From Clostridia bacterium (lineage in GTDB: Bacteria; Bacillota; Clostridia; Christensenellales; UBA1242): a stretch of 64,000 nucleotides of DNA. Positions within the stretch are counted from its first letter, which is position 1; each line of letters begins with the position of its first letter. This document shows, piece by piece, positions 1-8,940 of this stretch. The translations under genes and the position numbers were made by a program. The stretch is from positions 4,449 through 68,448 of the forward strand of contig JAZRSV010000020.1 of assembly GCA_045651685.1 (NCBI GenBank), in the 5' to 3' direction. Under the pieces are notes generated by a model. That model made no database searches. It was given only the letters and a program-made list of their open reading frames with translations, and had not been told where the DNA came from.

Positions 1-288
1 TTTTTCTCTAGGAAATGCAGCCTCGTTAGCCAGACTAATGAAAGTATTAATCATAATCAATCCACCGAATATAAACTTGCAAACAATATTGTTAATAAAC
101 ATTGACATGTAAAACAAATCTAAAAGCCAAGCATATATAATATAAAACACAACTTTAATATTTGCTTTTCTGTTCATCTCTGGTGTTATAACTTTTGTTC
201 CAAAGTTGTGTGCAATAATTTTCAAAAAGGGGAAGGCTAACAAATCAGAAAAAGCAATCAGCCCAAAAGAGACCCAATACCCTACCAT
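1..288 (-). CDS. Partial CDS (N-terminal ~96 codons, continues past the left edge): hydrophobic multi-pass membrane protein, function unknown
   Basis: My own minus-strand translation from the ATG at 288-286 gives MVGYWVSFGLIAFSDLLAFPFLKIIAHNFG... with no stop before position 1. The ATG overlaps the hsdS stop in a TAATG junction. It is absent from the supplied ORF track because it is open-ended. Confidence 0.4.
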   Translation of the reverse strand, partial: MVGYWVSFGLIAFSDLLAFPFLKIIAHNFGTKVITPEMNRKANIKVVFYIIYAWLLDLFYMSMFINNIVCKFIFGGLIMINTFISLANEAAFPREK

Positions 289-1598
289 TAGTTAATCTCC
301 TTTTTACCCGTGACATACTCGTATATCATTGATTTTTTATATTGTTGTAATTCTTCTATTTTTTTGTTTTTAACAACAATCAAAGAATCAATATCTAAAC
401 ATTTTTTATCTAAATATTCGGCAATCATTTTCTGTTCATCTATCGGAGCATCAACAATATACATACTTTTTAGTTTATCTTGTCCTAAATTTGCTCTAGT
501 TATTGAATTATCGTTTGAAGATAAATATCTTCTACAAATATCACTTCTAAATAAATATTTCATAAACTCCGGATAATATTTGTCAAAAGAATAAGGTCTT
601 AATCTAATTGTAAAGCCATTAAAAACCGCGTTTTCCCAATCTTTTAATGCTACGGAAGAAAAGCCAAGTTCATCTACAGTTTCTGAAGAACCAGTAAAAA
701 ATGCATCTCCATATTTTACACTATATTTTTCCCTATCTTCTACTGTAGAGTTAACCAAATCTTCAGCATCCAAATCAATACTATAATTTTTATATACGTT
801 TTTATAGGTCAAAAAGGGAAATCCAAAGCCAAAATCTTCTGGTTTTTTATTTGCAATACCACTTCTTGTCCAACCTAAGTTTTTGATTCGTTGAATCGTC
901 CAATTCTCAGGAATGTCTCCTATCCACTCTATACCACTATCTTTCATTTTGGCATTTTTATCTAAACCTTTAGTTACAGCTTCGGTAATAACGGCTTGTT
1001 TATATTCTTTAAGCTTTTCAATTTGTTGATTTTCTAGTTCTATTAGCCTATCAACTTCTAAGCATTTTTTATCTAAAAATTCAACAATCTTCTTTTGCTT
1101 TTCTGGTGATGGATAAGGACATTTCATATTACCCATATCTGTCGCATTTAATGCGCTTCTTACACCATCTCCACCTAAAGAGTTGTAAACACAATTATAA
1201 TATAACGACATTAGATAATAGTATGTAAACTTAACTTCTTGCTCTTTGTTTTTAGGCGAAAACCTTATATATGCTGGTGAAACCAATCCTGTATAAGACG
1301 ACAATCCAACACGACTAGTACTAATATTTTGCAAATCTATCATTTTAAAAACAAAGTCATTTGCTTCGAGTATTTGATATGTTTCAAATTCTTTAGGTTG
1401 CAACCCTTCAGAATCTTCTTTTGATCTCTTTATAACACCATTAAGTGTCAACGCAAGTCTTTCATATTCGGAAGCTTTCTCTTTTGCAATTTCTTTTTTG
1501 TTTTCCCAATAATCTTTTAACCTTACAATTTTCCAATTTTCTGGAATCTGACCAATCCAATCTACACCACTTTCTTTGTAGTTAGTCATTATTGACAA
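288..1598 (-). CDS. hsdS: Type I restriction-modification specificity subunit HsdS (two target-recognition domains)
   Basis: Each half opens with WIGxIPENW (WIGQIPENWKIVRLKD and WIGDIPENWTIQRIKN). The conserved coiled-coil spacers are duplicated (FLDKKCLEVDRLIELENQQIEKLKEYKQ and YLDKKCLDIDSLIVVKNKKIEELQQYKK). The gene overlaps the upstream gene by 17 nt. Confidence 0.9.
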   Translation of the reverse strand: MSIMTNYKESGVDWIGQIPENWKIVRLKDYWENKKEIAKEKASEYERLALTLNGVIKRSKEDSEGLQPKEFETYQILEANDFVFKMIDLQNISTSRVGLSSYTGLVSPAYIRFSPKNKEQEVKFTYYYLMSLYYNCVYNSLGGDGVRSALNATDMGNMKCPYPSPEKQKKIVEFLDKKCLEVDRLIELENQQIEKLKEYKQAVITEAVTKGLDKNAKMKDSGIEWIGDIPENWTIQRIKNLGWTRSGIANKKPEDFGFGFPFLTYKNVYKNYSIDLDAEDLVNSTVEDREKYSVKYGDAFFTGSSETVDELGFSSVALKDWENAVFNGFTIRLRPYSFDKYYPEFMKYLFRSDICRRYLSSNDNSITRANLGQDKLKSMYIVDAPIDEQKMIAEYLDKKCLDIDSLIVVKNKKIEELQQYKKSMIYEYVTGKKEIN

Positions 1599-2295
1599 CT
1601 CCTTCTTCGTTTTTTACAACTTTGCGCTTTTCTTCTTTTATTTCTGCTAATCCTACAATATCTTCGTAAAGTTGTTCTTCTTCATGTCTAGCTATGTACC
1701 ACTTTTCAAGCAGAAGCTCTATTAATTTTTTTAATTGTAATGCTTCACTTGAACATATATCAACAATTAAATTAACATCTTTTTCCATGTGAGCACCAAT
1801 ATTCCCAATTGATCTAAGTCCATCAATTGCCTTCCATTGAGAAGATGTAATTTTTTCTTTTAAACTGGTTATTTCTGCATTTAAGTTTTTTTCTTTAATC
1901 TCCCAAAAATCATGTATCATGCCCTGCAAACATCTTCTAAGTAGTGTTGCAGCTGCTTTTGGAGATTTGTCTAAAATCATACATGCTTCTTTATAATCAT
2001 TTCTAATTTGCTCTGGAATGTAATCTGGGAATTCTCTACAAACATTTTCTGGAATTAAATCCCATTGTTTAGTAGAAGATTCACTTTTTGCTACAACAGT
2101 GATTTTATTGCAAGCTACATTATTACATTTTATGTGAAAAGTTTCTATGTCCGTATTAACACACTCATCCCTTCTTGTCGTATAGTGTCTGCGATAACCA
2201 CAAATATTTCCTTCATAGTTATCTCTCGAAAATGCTTGTTGCTTTTTACAAAAAGGGCATTCATAAGTATTATTCTTAAAATCAATATTAATCAT
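1582..2295 (-). CDS. DUF4145-like protein with N-terminal CxxC zinc-ribbon, embedded between hsdM and hsdS
   Basis: The C-terminal half has LLRRCLQGMIHD ... LRSIGNIGAH, typical of DUF4145 inserts in Type I R-M operons. The N-terminus has CPFC ... C pairs. It overlaps hsdM by 8 nt and hsdS by 17 nt. Confidence 0.65.
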   Translation of the reverse strand: MINIDFKNNTYECPFCKKQQAFSRDNYEGNICGYRRHYTTRRDECVNTDIETFHIKCNNVACNKITVVAKSESSTKQWDLIPENVCREFPDYIPEQIRNDYKEACMILDKSPKAAATLLRRCLQGMIHDFWEIKEKNLNAEITSLKEKITSSQWKAIDGLRSIGNIGAHMEKDVNLIVDICSSEALQLKKLIELLLEKWYIARHEEEQLYEDIVGLAEIKEEKRKVVKNEEGVVNND

Positions 2296-4063
2296 TTCCC
2301 AAAATCTCCTTCATAAGATCTTGTTCTTGTTTAGACAATTCTTTTAACTCTGCAAAAATCTCTGAGCTTTTGCGTGGTTCTACAAATTTATAGAAAACTC
2401 TTGTAAAAGGGATTTCGTAGCCGATTTTGTCTTTTGTTCTATCCATAAAAGCATGTTTATTATATGGCAAAACATTTTTTGCAAAATAATCATCAATATT
2501 TTCTTGTAAAGGAATAGATTCTGTATCTGTTTTACCTTTTATAGCTACAGGATTGCCTTTTTTAAGGATAATATTGCCTTTTTCATCTGTTTCTGCAGTT
2601 TCTACAGTAACTTTTGTATAACCAAAGAAAGCATTTTCAAAGATTTTTGATTCTACAAATCTTCCGCCTTTTACAAAAGTTGTATCTTTATATTGGTTAT
2701 AAGCCTCAAGTATCATTGTAATACATGTGTCTGACAAATCAACCCTTTTGCTACCAATATTTTTTCTTCTCTTTTCATAGCATTTTGAAGCGTCAATTAG
2801 TTGGACTTTGCCCAATCTTTTTTCTTCTTTGTCTTTGGTAATTATCCAGATATATGTAGCGATGCCTGTGTTGTAGAATAAGTCTGTAGGCAACTGAATA
2901 ATGGCGTCAACCAAATCATTTTCAATCAGGTATTTTCTTATATTACTTGGACCACTACCAGCATCACCATTAAACAATGAAGAGCCGTTTTGAATAATTG
3001 CCATTCTGCCATTATCCTTAAGCTTTTTAACACCATTAAGCATAAATAAAAGTTGTCCATCGCCAATAGCAGGAAGACCTGGTCCAAATCTACCTTCAAA
3101 GCCAAGCTTTGCTTCTTTTTCTACTTTATCTTTTTCTCTTTTCCAGTCAATACCAAAAGGTGGGTTTGAAATGATATAGTCAAACTCATAACCACTATAT
3201 GCATCTTCACTTAATGTATCGCCATACTTCATACCTGAGGCATTGCCGCCTTTGATAAGCATATCTGCTTTTGCTATAGCATAAGTTTCTGGATTAAACT
3301 CTTGACCAAAACAAGTAATATCTGCATCTTCATTTATTTCTTTTATTTTTTCGCTTAAGCAACCAAGCATCTGGCTTGTTCCCATAGCCATATCATAAGC
3401 AGTTTTTGAACAACCATTTTGTTGAATCTCTTCTCTTTCACCAGCAACTAACAATTCTGTCATAAGATAAATAATATCTCTACTTGTAAAGTGAGCTCCG
3501 GCTTGTTCATCATAACTTTCTGAGAATTTTCTGATAAGTTCTTCAAAAATATAACCCATATCCATTGATGTAATTTTATCTGGGCTCATATTTGCTTTTT
3601 TAGAACAAAATTCTTGTAGAACAATAAATAAAACTTTTCCTTTTACCATTGTTTTTACTTCATCAGCAAATTTAAAGTTGGCTAAGATATCTTGAATATT
3701 TGGTGAAAAACCTTGAAGATAATCTTCAAAGTTATCTTCTAAATTTTCAGGGTCAGCAATAAGTTTTGCAAAGTTAAATTTACTTGTATTGTAAAATTCG
3801 TAACCAGAAGTTTGAGTTAAAATACCATCTCTTGCTGGGCCATCTACATTTTTCTTTTTACAAGTTTCTGCCATTTCAACAACTTTATCTTTTGTTGCTG
3901 CCAAGGCGTCATCAAATCTTTTAAGAACTGTCATTGGCAAAATAACTTTGCCATATTCGTGTGGCTTATATAACCCAACCAAATGTGTAGCAATTTCCCA
4001 AATTAAATTTGCTTTTTCTTGTATATTAATATTCGTTTGTTTTTGAATTTCGTTTATTGTCAT
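2288..4063 (-). CDS. hsdM: Type I R-M N6-adenine DNA methyltransferase HsdM
   Basis: Catalytic NPPF motif (YIISNPPFGIDW). HsdM N-terminal helical domain (LWEIATHLVGLYKPHEYGKVILPMTVLKRFD). GGAGGA SD upstream of the ATG. Confidence 0.92.
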   Translation of the reverse strand: MTINEIQKQTNINIQEKANLIWEIATHLVGLYKPHEYGKVILPMTVLKRFDDALAATKDKVVEMAETCKKKNVDGPARDGILTQTSGYEFYNTSKFNFAKLIADPENLEDNFEDYLQGFSPNIQDILANFKFADEVKTMVKGKVLFIVLQEFCSKKANMSPDKITSMDMGYIFEELIRKFSESYDEQAGAHFTSRDIIYLMTELLVAGEREEIQQNGCSKTAYDMAMGTSQMLGCLSEKIKEINEDADITCFGQEFNPETYAIAKADMLIKGGNASGMKYGDTLSEDAYSGYEFDYIISNPPFGIDWKREKDKVEKEAKLGFEGRFGPGLPAIGDGQLLFMLNGVKKLKDNGRMAIIQNGSSLFNGDAGSGPSNIRKYLIENDLVDAIIQLPTDLFYNTGIATYIWIITKDKEEKRLGKVQLIDASKCYEKRRKNIGSKRVDLSDTCITMILEAYNQYKDTTFVKGGRFVESKIFENAFFGYTKVTVETAETDEKGNIILKKGNPVAIKGKTDTESIPLQENIDDYFAKNVLPYNKHAFMDRTKDKIGYEIPFTRVFYKFVEPRKSSEIFAELKELSKQEQDLMKEILGND

Positions 4064-4195
4064 TATTTCCTCCGTTAAGGCAATTTTTCTTTAGAACTTT
4101 TTAAATTATTAATATTTTTATTATAACATAATCAATTTATTTTATATATAAAATGAACATAATTTAACTATAATTTTTCTGCCAAGCACAAGTGT

Positions 4196-4705
4196 TTATA
4201 ATCCCTTAGTTTTATAATAATCTTTACATTTCTCTAGCAGCTCTTTTAAAACTTCACTGCCTTCTTCAATAAGATTTCTGTTTCTATCTCCATTTTCACC
4301 AATTAAACTTTTAGACCCGTGAAATAGATTACATCTAACTATATAAATGGCAAGAAACAATTCATATATATTTTTTTCTTCTATTTCTTTTGCAATAGCC
4401 CTAACATTGGTTTTCTCTGAACGCACATTTCTTTTGTGATATTCTGATTTTTTGCCTAATTTATCAAATATATCAATCTCATTTAAAATTTCCATAGATC
4501 TATAACTGTCTATAAAATTGTAAATTTGATTTATTTCACTATCCATATGCGTGCTCGGTTTTTTGTCCCTAAACCTTTCCTCTCCATTGTATAAAAAATT
4601 AAAAGCTATATAATAAGAAATAAATCTATACGGCTCTTTTACCTTTTCTTCAGAACCATACCTTAACCATTCTTCTAAAAAATCAGAGCACTTAAAATTA
4701 GTCAT
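4196..4705 (-). CDS. Small HEPN-like protein (putative RNase/abortive-infection type), family unresolved
   Basis: The 169-aa all-helical-looking protein has an Rx4H motif followed by G in the C-terminal helix (IYIVRCNLFHGSK). It sits between two methyltransferase genes. The call rests on this motif only. Confidence 0.4.
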   Translation of the reverse strand: MTNFKCSDFLEEWLRYGSEEKVKEPYRFISYYIAFNFLYNGEERFRDKKPSTHMDSEINQIYNFIDSYRSMEILNEIDIFDKLGKKSEYHKRNVRSEKTNVRAIAKEIEEKNIYELFLAIYIVRCNLFHGSKSLIGENGDRNRNLIEEGSEVLKELLEKCKDYYKTKGL

Positions 4706-4834
4706 TCTTTTTTCCCTCCCAATACATTACTTAAATAAAATTTTTAGAAATTAAAAATTAGACATTGTGTCACTATGCGTTAACTTATCAATTATCTCTT
4801 GGAGTTGGTACAAATCTAGTATTTCATCCATAGA

Positions 4835-6613
4835 TTAGCCCTCCACAAAATCATCATAAATACTTTTAAGTTTTTGTTCAAGCTTTTTTATTTTCATTTT
4901 TTCTAACTTTATCATGTCTAAGGTTCCTAGATATTTTATTGATAATTCTTCTTGTTTTTCCAAATCTACACAAGCAATAGTTAATCCCATTAGAGCTTTT
5001 GGATTTATTGATATAATAATCGTTCCTGTTTGAATAGACGCCAATAATTTTGTTCCTATATCAGAATCTAAAAACATTTTTAAATATACAGGTTTAAGCT
5101 TTGATGTATCACAACGGACAACTATTATACTACCTGAAGGGATAACCTTTTCGCCTTCTTTTATATCAACAATAGCTGTTTTTACCTTTGTGCTCTTACA
5201 AGAGATAAGAACATCATTATTTTTAAGAAGATATCTGTCATAATTTTTTTGACTTTCAAATTTTTCTAATTTATCTACATCAAAAGAACTATCAACTATA
5301 TCTCCTGAAGCAACAATTTTATAAACACCGTCAGAATCTTCATTTGTTGTGTATTTATGAAGGACATCTGCTTGAATTTGAACACCTCTAAAAACATCTT
5401 CAACCAAACTTTCAAGTTTTACAGGATTTTCAATTTTAATGTCTTCCAATCCTTTATATTTATTTACGGTCAAAACATACTCGTTTTTTACAATTTCTTC
5501 AATAGAAACTTCTGTTGTTTCATTTGAATTATATAATTTTAAAATATCATCAACTCTAAGAGTGACAATCCTTCCATTTTTATCGCATAATTCAGAAGCA
5601 TCAATAAATTTACACATTTTTGAGTTTTTGTTTTTTCTTAACACGATTAATGAAGTAGAAATTGAAGTATAAGGAAATAAATTTACAGGCAATTTGATTA
5701 CAGCTTCAATGTAATTATTGTCAACCAAAAATTTTCTTTGTTCCATATCCAAAAGGTTTATTAACGCACCCTCTGGAACAACAACGACTCCTCTACCTTC
5801 TTCATTTAACCCGGATATAATTCTATTAATAAACAACCATTCGGCAGTTTGAGATGGTCTATATTTTAAACCATATAGATGCTCTGTTTCTCTGTTTTCT
5901 TCAAAAATTCTTCCAACCCTTAATCCAAATGGAGGATGAGAGAAAATAAAATCTGCCTTTCTAATATTATCTTGTTTTAAAACATCACCTTCATAAACAA
6001 TATTATTAACTCCCAAAAGAGTTAGTCTAATATTAGACAATAATTTTGAATTATAATTTATTTCATAACCATAATAAACATTGTTTGGGCTTTCTTTTGC
6101 ACAATTAACAAGAAAATCTCCATTGCCACAACCAAGGTCCATAATGCTGCCGCTATCTTTGATATTAAACAACCCTTTAACCAGATCACAAAGAGTAGCT
6201 GGGGTTCCACAATTTTCTCTATAACCAAAATTATCTACACCGTAAATTATAAACTCTTTCAAACCTTCTAAAGAAAGTTCTTCCATCATATAAAGAGCTT
6301 GTTCAAATCCAGAATTTTTTTCGTTATATGTAGAAAAGCTTACAATACAATCTAAAACTACATCTTTAAATTGATTGCCTAGCGACTTGCTAATTTCATC
6401 CAAGTTTTTATAAACATCTTCGCGCAAAGATTCAAAATATGCAGAAACATTATCAGAAAAATCTTTAATTGACTTAACATTTTTATTTACAGTCAATAAA
6501 GCATATCTCAAAACCATGCTCTTTATTAAAGAATAACCTTGCTGATTATAACTAAATTGCCTTTGCATACAAGCCATTTTCCATTTAAAATTTTCTAAAT
6601 TTTTGTTTTCCAC
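4835..6613 (-). CDS. N6-adenine DNA methyltransferase fused to one HsdS-like target-recognition domain (M-S fusion, no nuclease domain)
   Basis: SAM motif I is MDLGCGNGDFLV and motif IV is FSHPPFG (an NPPF variant). The C-terminal ~200 aa resemble a single TRD followed by a conserved helix (LEKQEELSIKYL...KLEQKLKSIYD). GTG start with an AAAGGAAG SD. Confidence 0.8.
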   Translation of the reverse strand: MENKNLENFKWKMACMQRQFSYNQQGYSLIKSMVLRYALLTVNKNVKSIKDFSDNVSAYFESLREDVYKNLDEISKSLGNQFKDVVLDCIVSFSTYNEKNSGFEQALYMMEELSLEGLKEFIIYGVDNFGYRENCGTPATLCDLVKGLFNIKDSGSIMDLGCGNGDFLVNCAKESPNNVYYGYEINYNSKLLSNIRLTLLGVNNIVYEGDVLKQDNIRKADFIFSHPPFGLRVGRIFEENRETEHLYGLKYRPSQTAEWLFINRIISGLNEEGRGVVVVPEGALINLLDMEQRKFLVDNNYIEAVIKLPVNLFPYTSISTSLIVLRKNKNSKMCKFIDASELCDKNGRIVTLRVDDILKLYNSNETTEVSIEEIVKNEYVLTVNKYKGLEDIKIENPVKLESLVEDVFRGVQIQADVLHKYTTNEDSDGVYKIVASGDIVDSSFDVDKLEKFESQKNYDRYLLKNNDVLISCKSTKVKTAIVDIKEGEKVIPSGSIIVVRCDTSKLKPVYLKMFLDSDIGTKLLASIQTGTIIISINPKALMGLTIACVDLEKQEELSIKYLGTLDMIKLEKMKIKKLEQKLKSIYDDFVEG

Positions 6614-6639
6614 TTTTCAAAACTTCCTTTAAAATATAT

Positions 6640-6657
6640 TTGGTTTTTAAAAACCAA
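6640..6657. repeat. Perfect palindrome TTGGTTTTTAAAAACCAA just downstream of the methyltransferase -10 box
   Basis: Read directly. The core GGTTTTTAAAAACC occupies 6642-6655. Confidence 0.8.
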
Positions 6658-6661
6658 TTAC

Positions 6662-6690
6662 ATAATAACTTAAAAAACGCCAATTGTCAA
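6662..6690 (-). promoter_or_regulatory. Predicted sigma-A promoter of the M-S methyltransferase gene
   Basis: The minus strand reads TTGACA (6690-6685), a 17-nt spacer, then TATTAT (6667-6662). Confidence 0.55.
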
Positions 6691-6713
6691 CAGTTTTTGT
6701 AAAAAAATTTTTA

Positions 6714-6727
6714 GGTTTTTAAAAACC
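6714..6727. repeat. Second copy of palindrome GGTTTTTAAAAACC, upstream of the methyltransferase -35 box
   Basis: Read directly. The 14-nt core is identical to 6642-6655, and the two centres are 72 bp apart. Confidence 0.8.
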
Positions 6728-6737
6728 AAAAATAAAA

Positions 6738-6757
6738 GTCGGTAAAATTTTACCGAC
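6738..6757 (-). terminator. Intrinsic terminator of the GIY-YIG gene
   Basis: GTCGGTAAAATTTTACCGAC hairpin followed on the minus strand by TTTTATTTTT. Confidence 0.75.
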
Positions 6758-7572
6758 TAATCTCTATAGTATTTGTAATCTTTGTTAACTAATCTATAAT
6801 CTGATATTCCACAATTTGATTTATTGCCATTATTTGGAATAAATGCGGCAAAACTTTTAATTGTGTGATATTCAACTTCCTTTAGATCTTCATGGTATTT
6901 TGGATGCACTATGGCATACATAAATTTATTCCAATTAGGAATTTCTTTTCTGCCTGGTTTTACCCTATCCCCTAATCTCGTCGCGCTACCAATATAAATC
7001 TCTTTGTTTTGTTCATCTAACAAATAATATACTACATGATTTTGTTCTGCATGTTCTTTTATTTTTGTTATATCTAACCACTTAGTATACTTGGTAACCA
7101 TTTGATTATTATTTTCTTTACTCAACCAACCAAAAACGTTGGAATCTACAAAATGCTTAAAAAGATTATCATATGGGGTTTCAACTTTTATAAAAGTAAT
7201 TAATTCTACAGTTTTATTGTCAATAGGCTTAAATATCAGAACCTCTTGATTGCCACCAATTAGCTCTGTATGAAACTTGCCTTCTTTTTTAAGTATTTTT
7301 TGGCTTTCTATTGCGAAATATGATTGTATAAACTCTTTCTTTAATGCGTGGATAAGTTCTTTATCAGGAAATATTTGCAATACTGTTCTTCCTGTTGTTT
7401 GTGCAACAAAAGAATATCTACCAGAATAAACTTTGCCTTTAAACTTTAGGACAATACTTCTACTAGTTCCCCATTGCTCTTCTTCAGCCTTTATAAAATA
7501 CCCTTCATATTCCTTTGGTATTGTAATTCTTCCATCAAAAGTTGACTTGTCTATCTTTTTGTAATATTCCAT
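6757..7572 (-). CDS. GIY-YIG nuclease-domain protein with an N-terminal putative DNA-binding domain
   Basis: The C-terminal region HVVYYLLDEQNKEIYIGSATRLGDRVKPGR fits the GIY ... YIG ... R motif, with a downstream E (LKEVEYH) and N (LVNKD). N-terminal GRITIPKEYEGYF ... IVLKFKGKVY resembles B3/AbrB-like barrels, but that part is speculative. GGAGA SD. Confidence 0.6.
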   Translation of the reverse strand: MEYYKKIDKSTFDGRITIPKEYEGYFIKAEEEQWGTSRSIVLKFKGKVYSGRYSFVAQTTGRTVLQIFPDKELIHALKKEFIQSYFAIESQKILKKEGKFHTELIGGNQEVLIFKPIDNKTVELITFIKVETPYDNLFKHFVDSNVFGWLSKENNNQMVTKYTKWLDITKIKEHAEQNHVVYYLLDEQNKEIYIGSATRLGDRVKPGRKEIPNWNKFMYAIVHPKYHEDLKEVEYHTIKSFAAFIPNNGNKSNCGISDYRLVNKDYKYYRD

Positions 7573-7616
7573 TTTTATCTCCTAACATTTTTATAAATTT
7601 AACACAATATGATTAG

Positions 7617-8813
7617 TTAATATGTCAGCATTTTTTCATATTCAAAGATAAATGTTTTTAATTTTTCAATGAGCTCTTCTTCTGTTGTCCCTACAAGTTT
7701 TTTCTGTCTTTCTTGAGTGTATAATACACTAAAATATTTTTGCTTTAAAATAGGATCAATCAAATCCGTAACATATCTAATCCATTTAAAAGGCGTCCCT
7801 TTAATAAATGCTGCACCCCTAATTTTATATATCCCCAAAATATCTTTTAAACGCCTATCATATGTAACAAAAAACGGGATACTAAAATCAATGATTTTAT
7901 CAGACTGAAACGATATATTTCCAATAACATTTTGAATGTGAAAAATATCCCACGCCATATTTTTTAAACTTTGTATAATATCATTTCTGCCTTTTTGAAT
8001 TTTGCCAAAAAAACTAATTTTTGTACCATAAAGAAAAAATAATTTTGCCAAATTAGCCTCTCTATCTGACAGTATAAATATATTGTTATGAAAAAAATCC
8101 AAGAACTGTTCTTCTTTTTTTAACAATGACCATTTTGAATGATTTAGTTGCATATCTACCATCACCAACAACATTAAATAAATGAATAAATATCTTCTTC
8201 TATACCAATTGCCCATTGATCCAAAAAATACATTTTTTTCAACATTTATTATTTGTTGAGCGTAATCTTTTGCTTCATTCTCATTTTCAAAAAAATAAGT
8301 TTCCAAAGCCACCATATTATCTAAATATAATTGGTCGTTAAGCATTTTTTCATTAAATAAAACATTTTCCATAGAATAAGCTAAACAATCAACACTCCAT
8401 TTCCTATTCTTTATTAGTTCTAATATTTCATCAATATTTGCAGGCACCATCTTAATATCTTTTTTATACTTTCTATATAAATAGCTCTGAATTTGAGTAT
8501 CTAATGATACTGTTGTTTCAATCTTTAACACATGATTAAAATCAACTGCCCCCGCCATGATAAAATCATAATTTAAACAAATCAATTTATTTGAAGAAAA
8601 AAAATAATTAACTTCTATATCTTTAAGATTCAATTCAGAAAATTTTCCAACATAATCAATACCATCCTCTCCATTGCTTGGCAAAATAAAATGCACATCT
8701 CTTAATAAATCAATATTTGCAACAACAGTGTCAATAGCCTTATCCCTATTTGAATCCAAAATCTCTGATACTTTTATACCAATTTGAAGAAGTTTGTTTT
8801 CTTTTTGATCCAT
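7617..8813 (-). CDS. Hypothetical 398-aa protein, no recognisable family
   Basis: Long ORF. I moved the start to the ATG at 8813 (MDQKENK) because the track's GTG at 8828 lies inside the GAGGTG SD. An extended -10 promoter (TGTGATATAAT) sits upstream. The next gene lies 44 nt downstream with its own SD. Confidence 0.6.
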   Translation of the reverse strand: MDQKENKLLQIGIKVSEILDSNRDKAIDTVVANIDLLRDVHFILPSNGEDGIDYVGKFSELNLKDIEVNYFFSSNKLICLNYDFIMAGAVDFNHVLKIETTVSLDTQIQSYLYRKYKKDIKMVPANIDEILELIKNRKWSVDCLAYSMENVLFNEKMLNDQLYLDNMVALETYFFENENEAKDYAQQIINVEKNVFFGSMGNWYRRRYLFIYLMLLVMVDMQLNHSKWSLLKKEEQFLDFFHNNIFILSDREANLAKLFFLYGTKISFFGKIQKGRNDIIQSLKNMAWDIFHIQNVIGNISFQSDKIIDFSIPFFVTYDRRLKDILGIYKIRGAAFIKGTPFKWIRYVTDLIDPILKQKYFSVLYTQERQKKLVGTTEEELIEKLKTFIFEYEKMLTY

Positions 8814-8834
8814 ACAACCACCTCGCACAATTTT

Positions 8835-8863
8835 ATTATATCACACAACTATAAATTCTTAAA
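8835..8863 (-). promoter_or_regulatory. Predicted extended -10 promoter for the 398-aa/GIY-YIG unit
   Basis: The minus strand reads TTTAAG, a 17-nt spacer ending in TGA, then TATAAT (8840-8835). The -35 box is weak. Confidence 0.45.
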
Positions 8864-8940
8864 ATAATAAAACAAATTGCTTATGTATCTAATAAAAAAT
8901 ATTTACCCATTATTTTGCAAACAAGTTCAACAAAATTCTA

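Noticed and set aside
288-1598. Phase-variable hsdS shufflon (the internal duplicated FLDKKCL... repeats could serve as recombination substrates)
   Set aside because: Only one hsdS copy is present, with no silent half-genes and no recombinase in the window. The repeats are the normal conserved spacers of HsdS.
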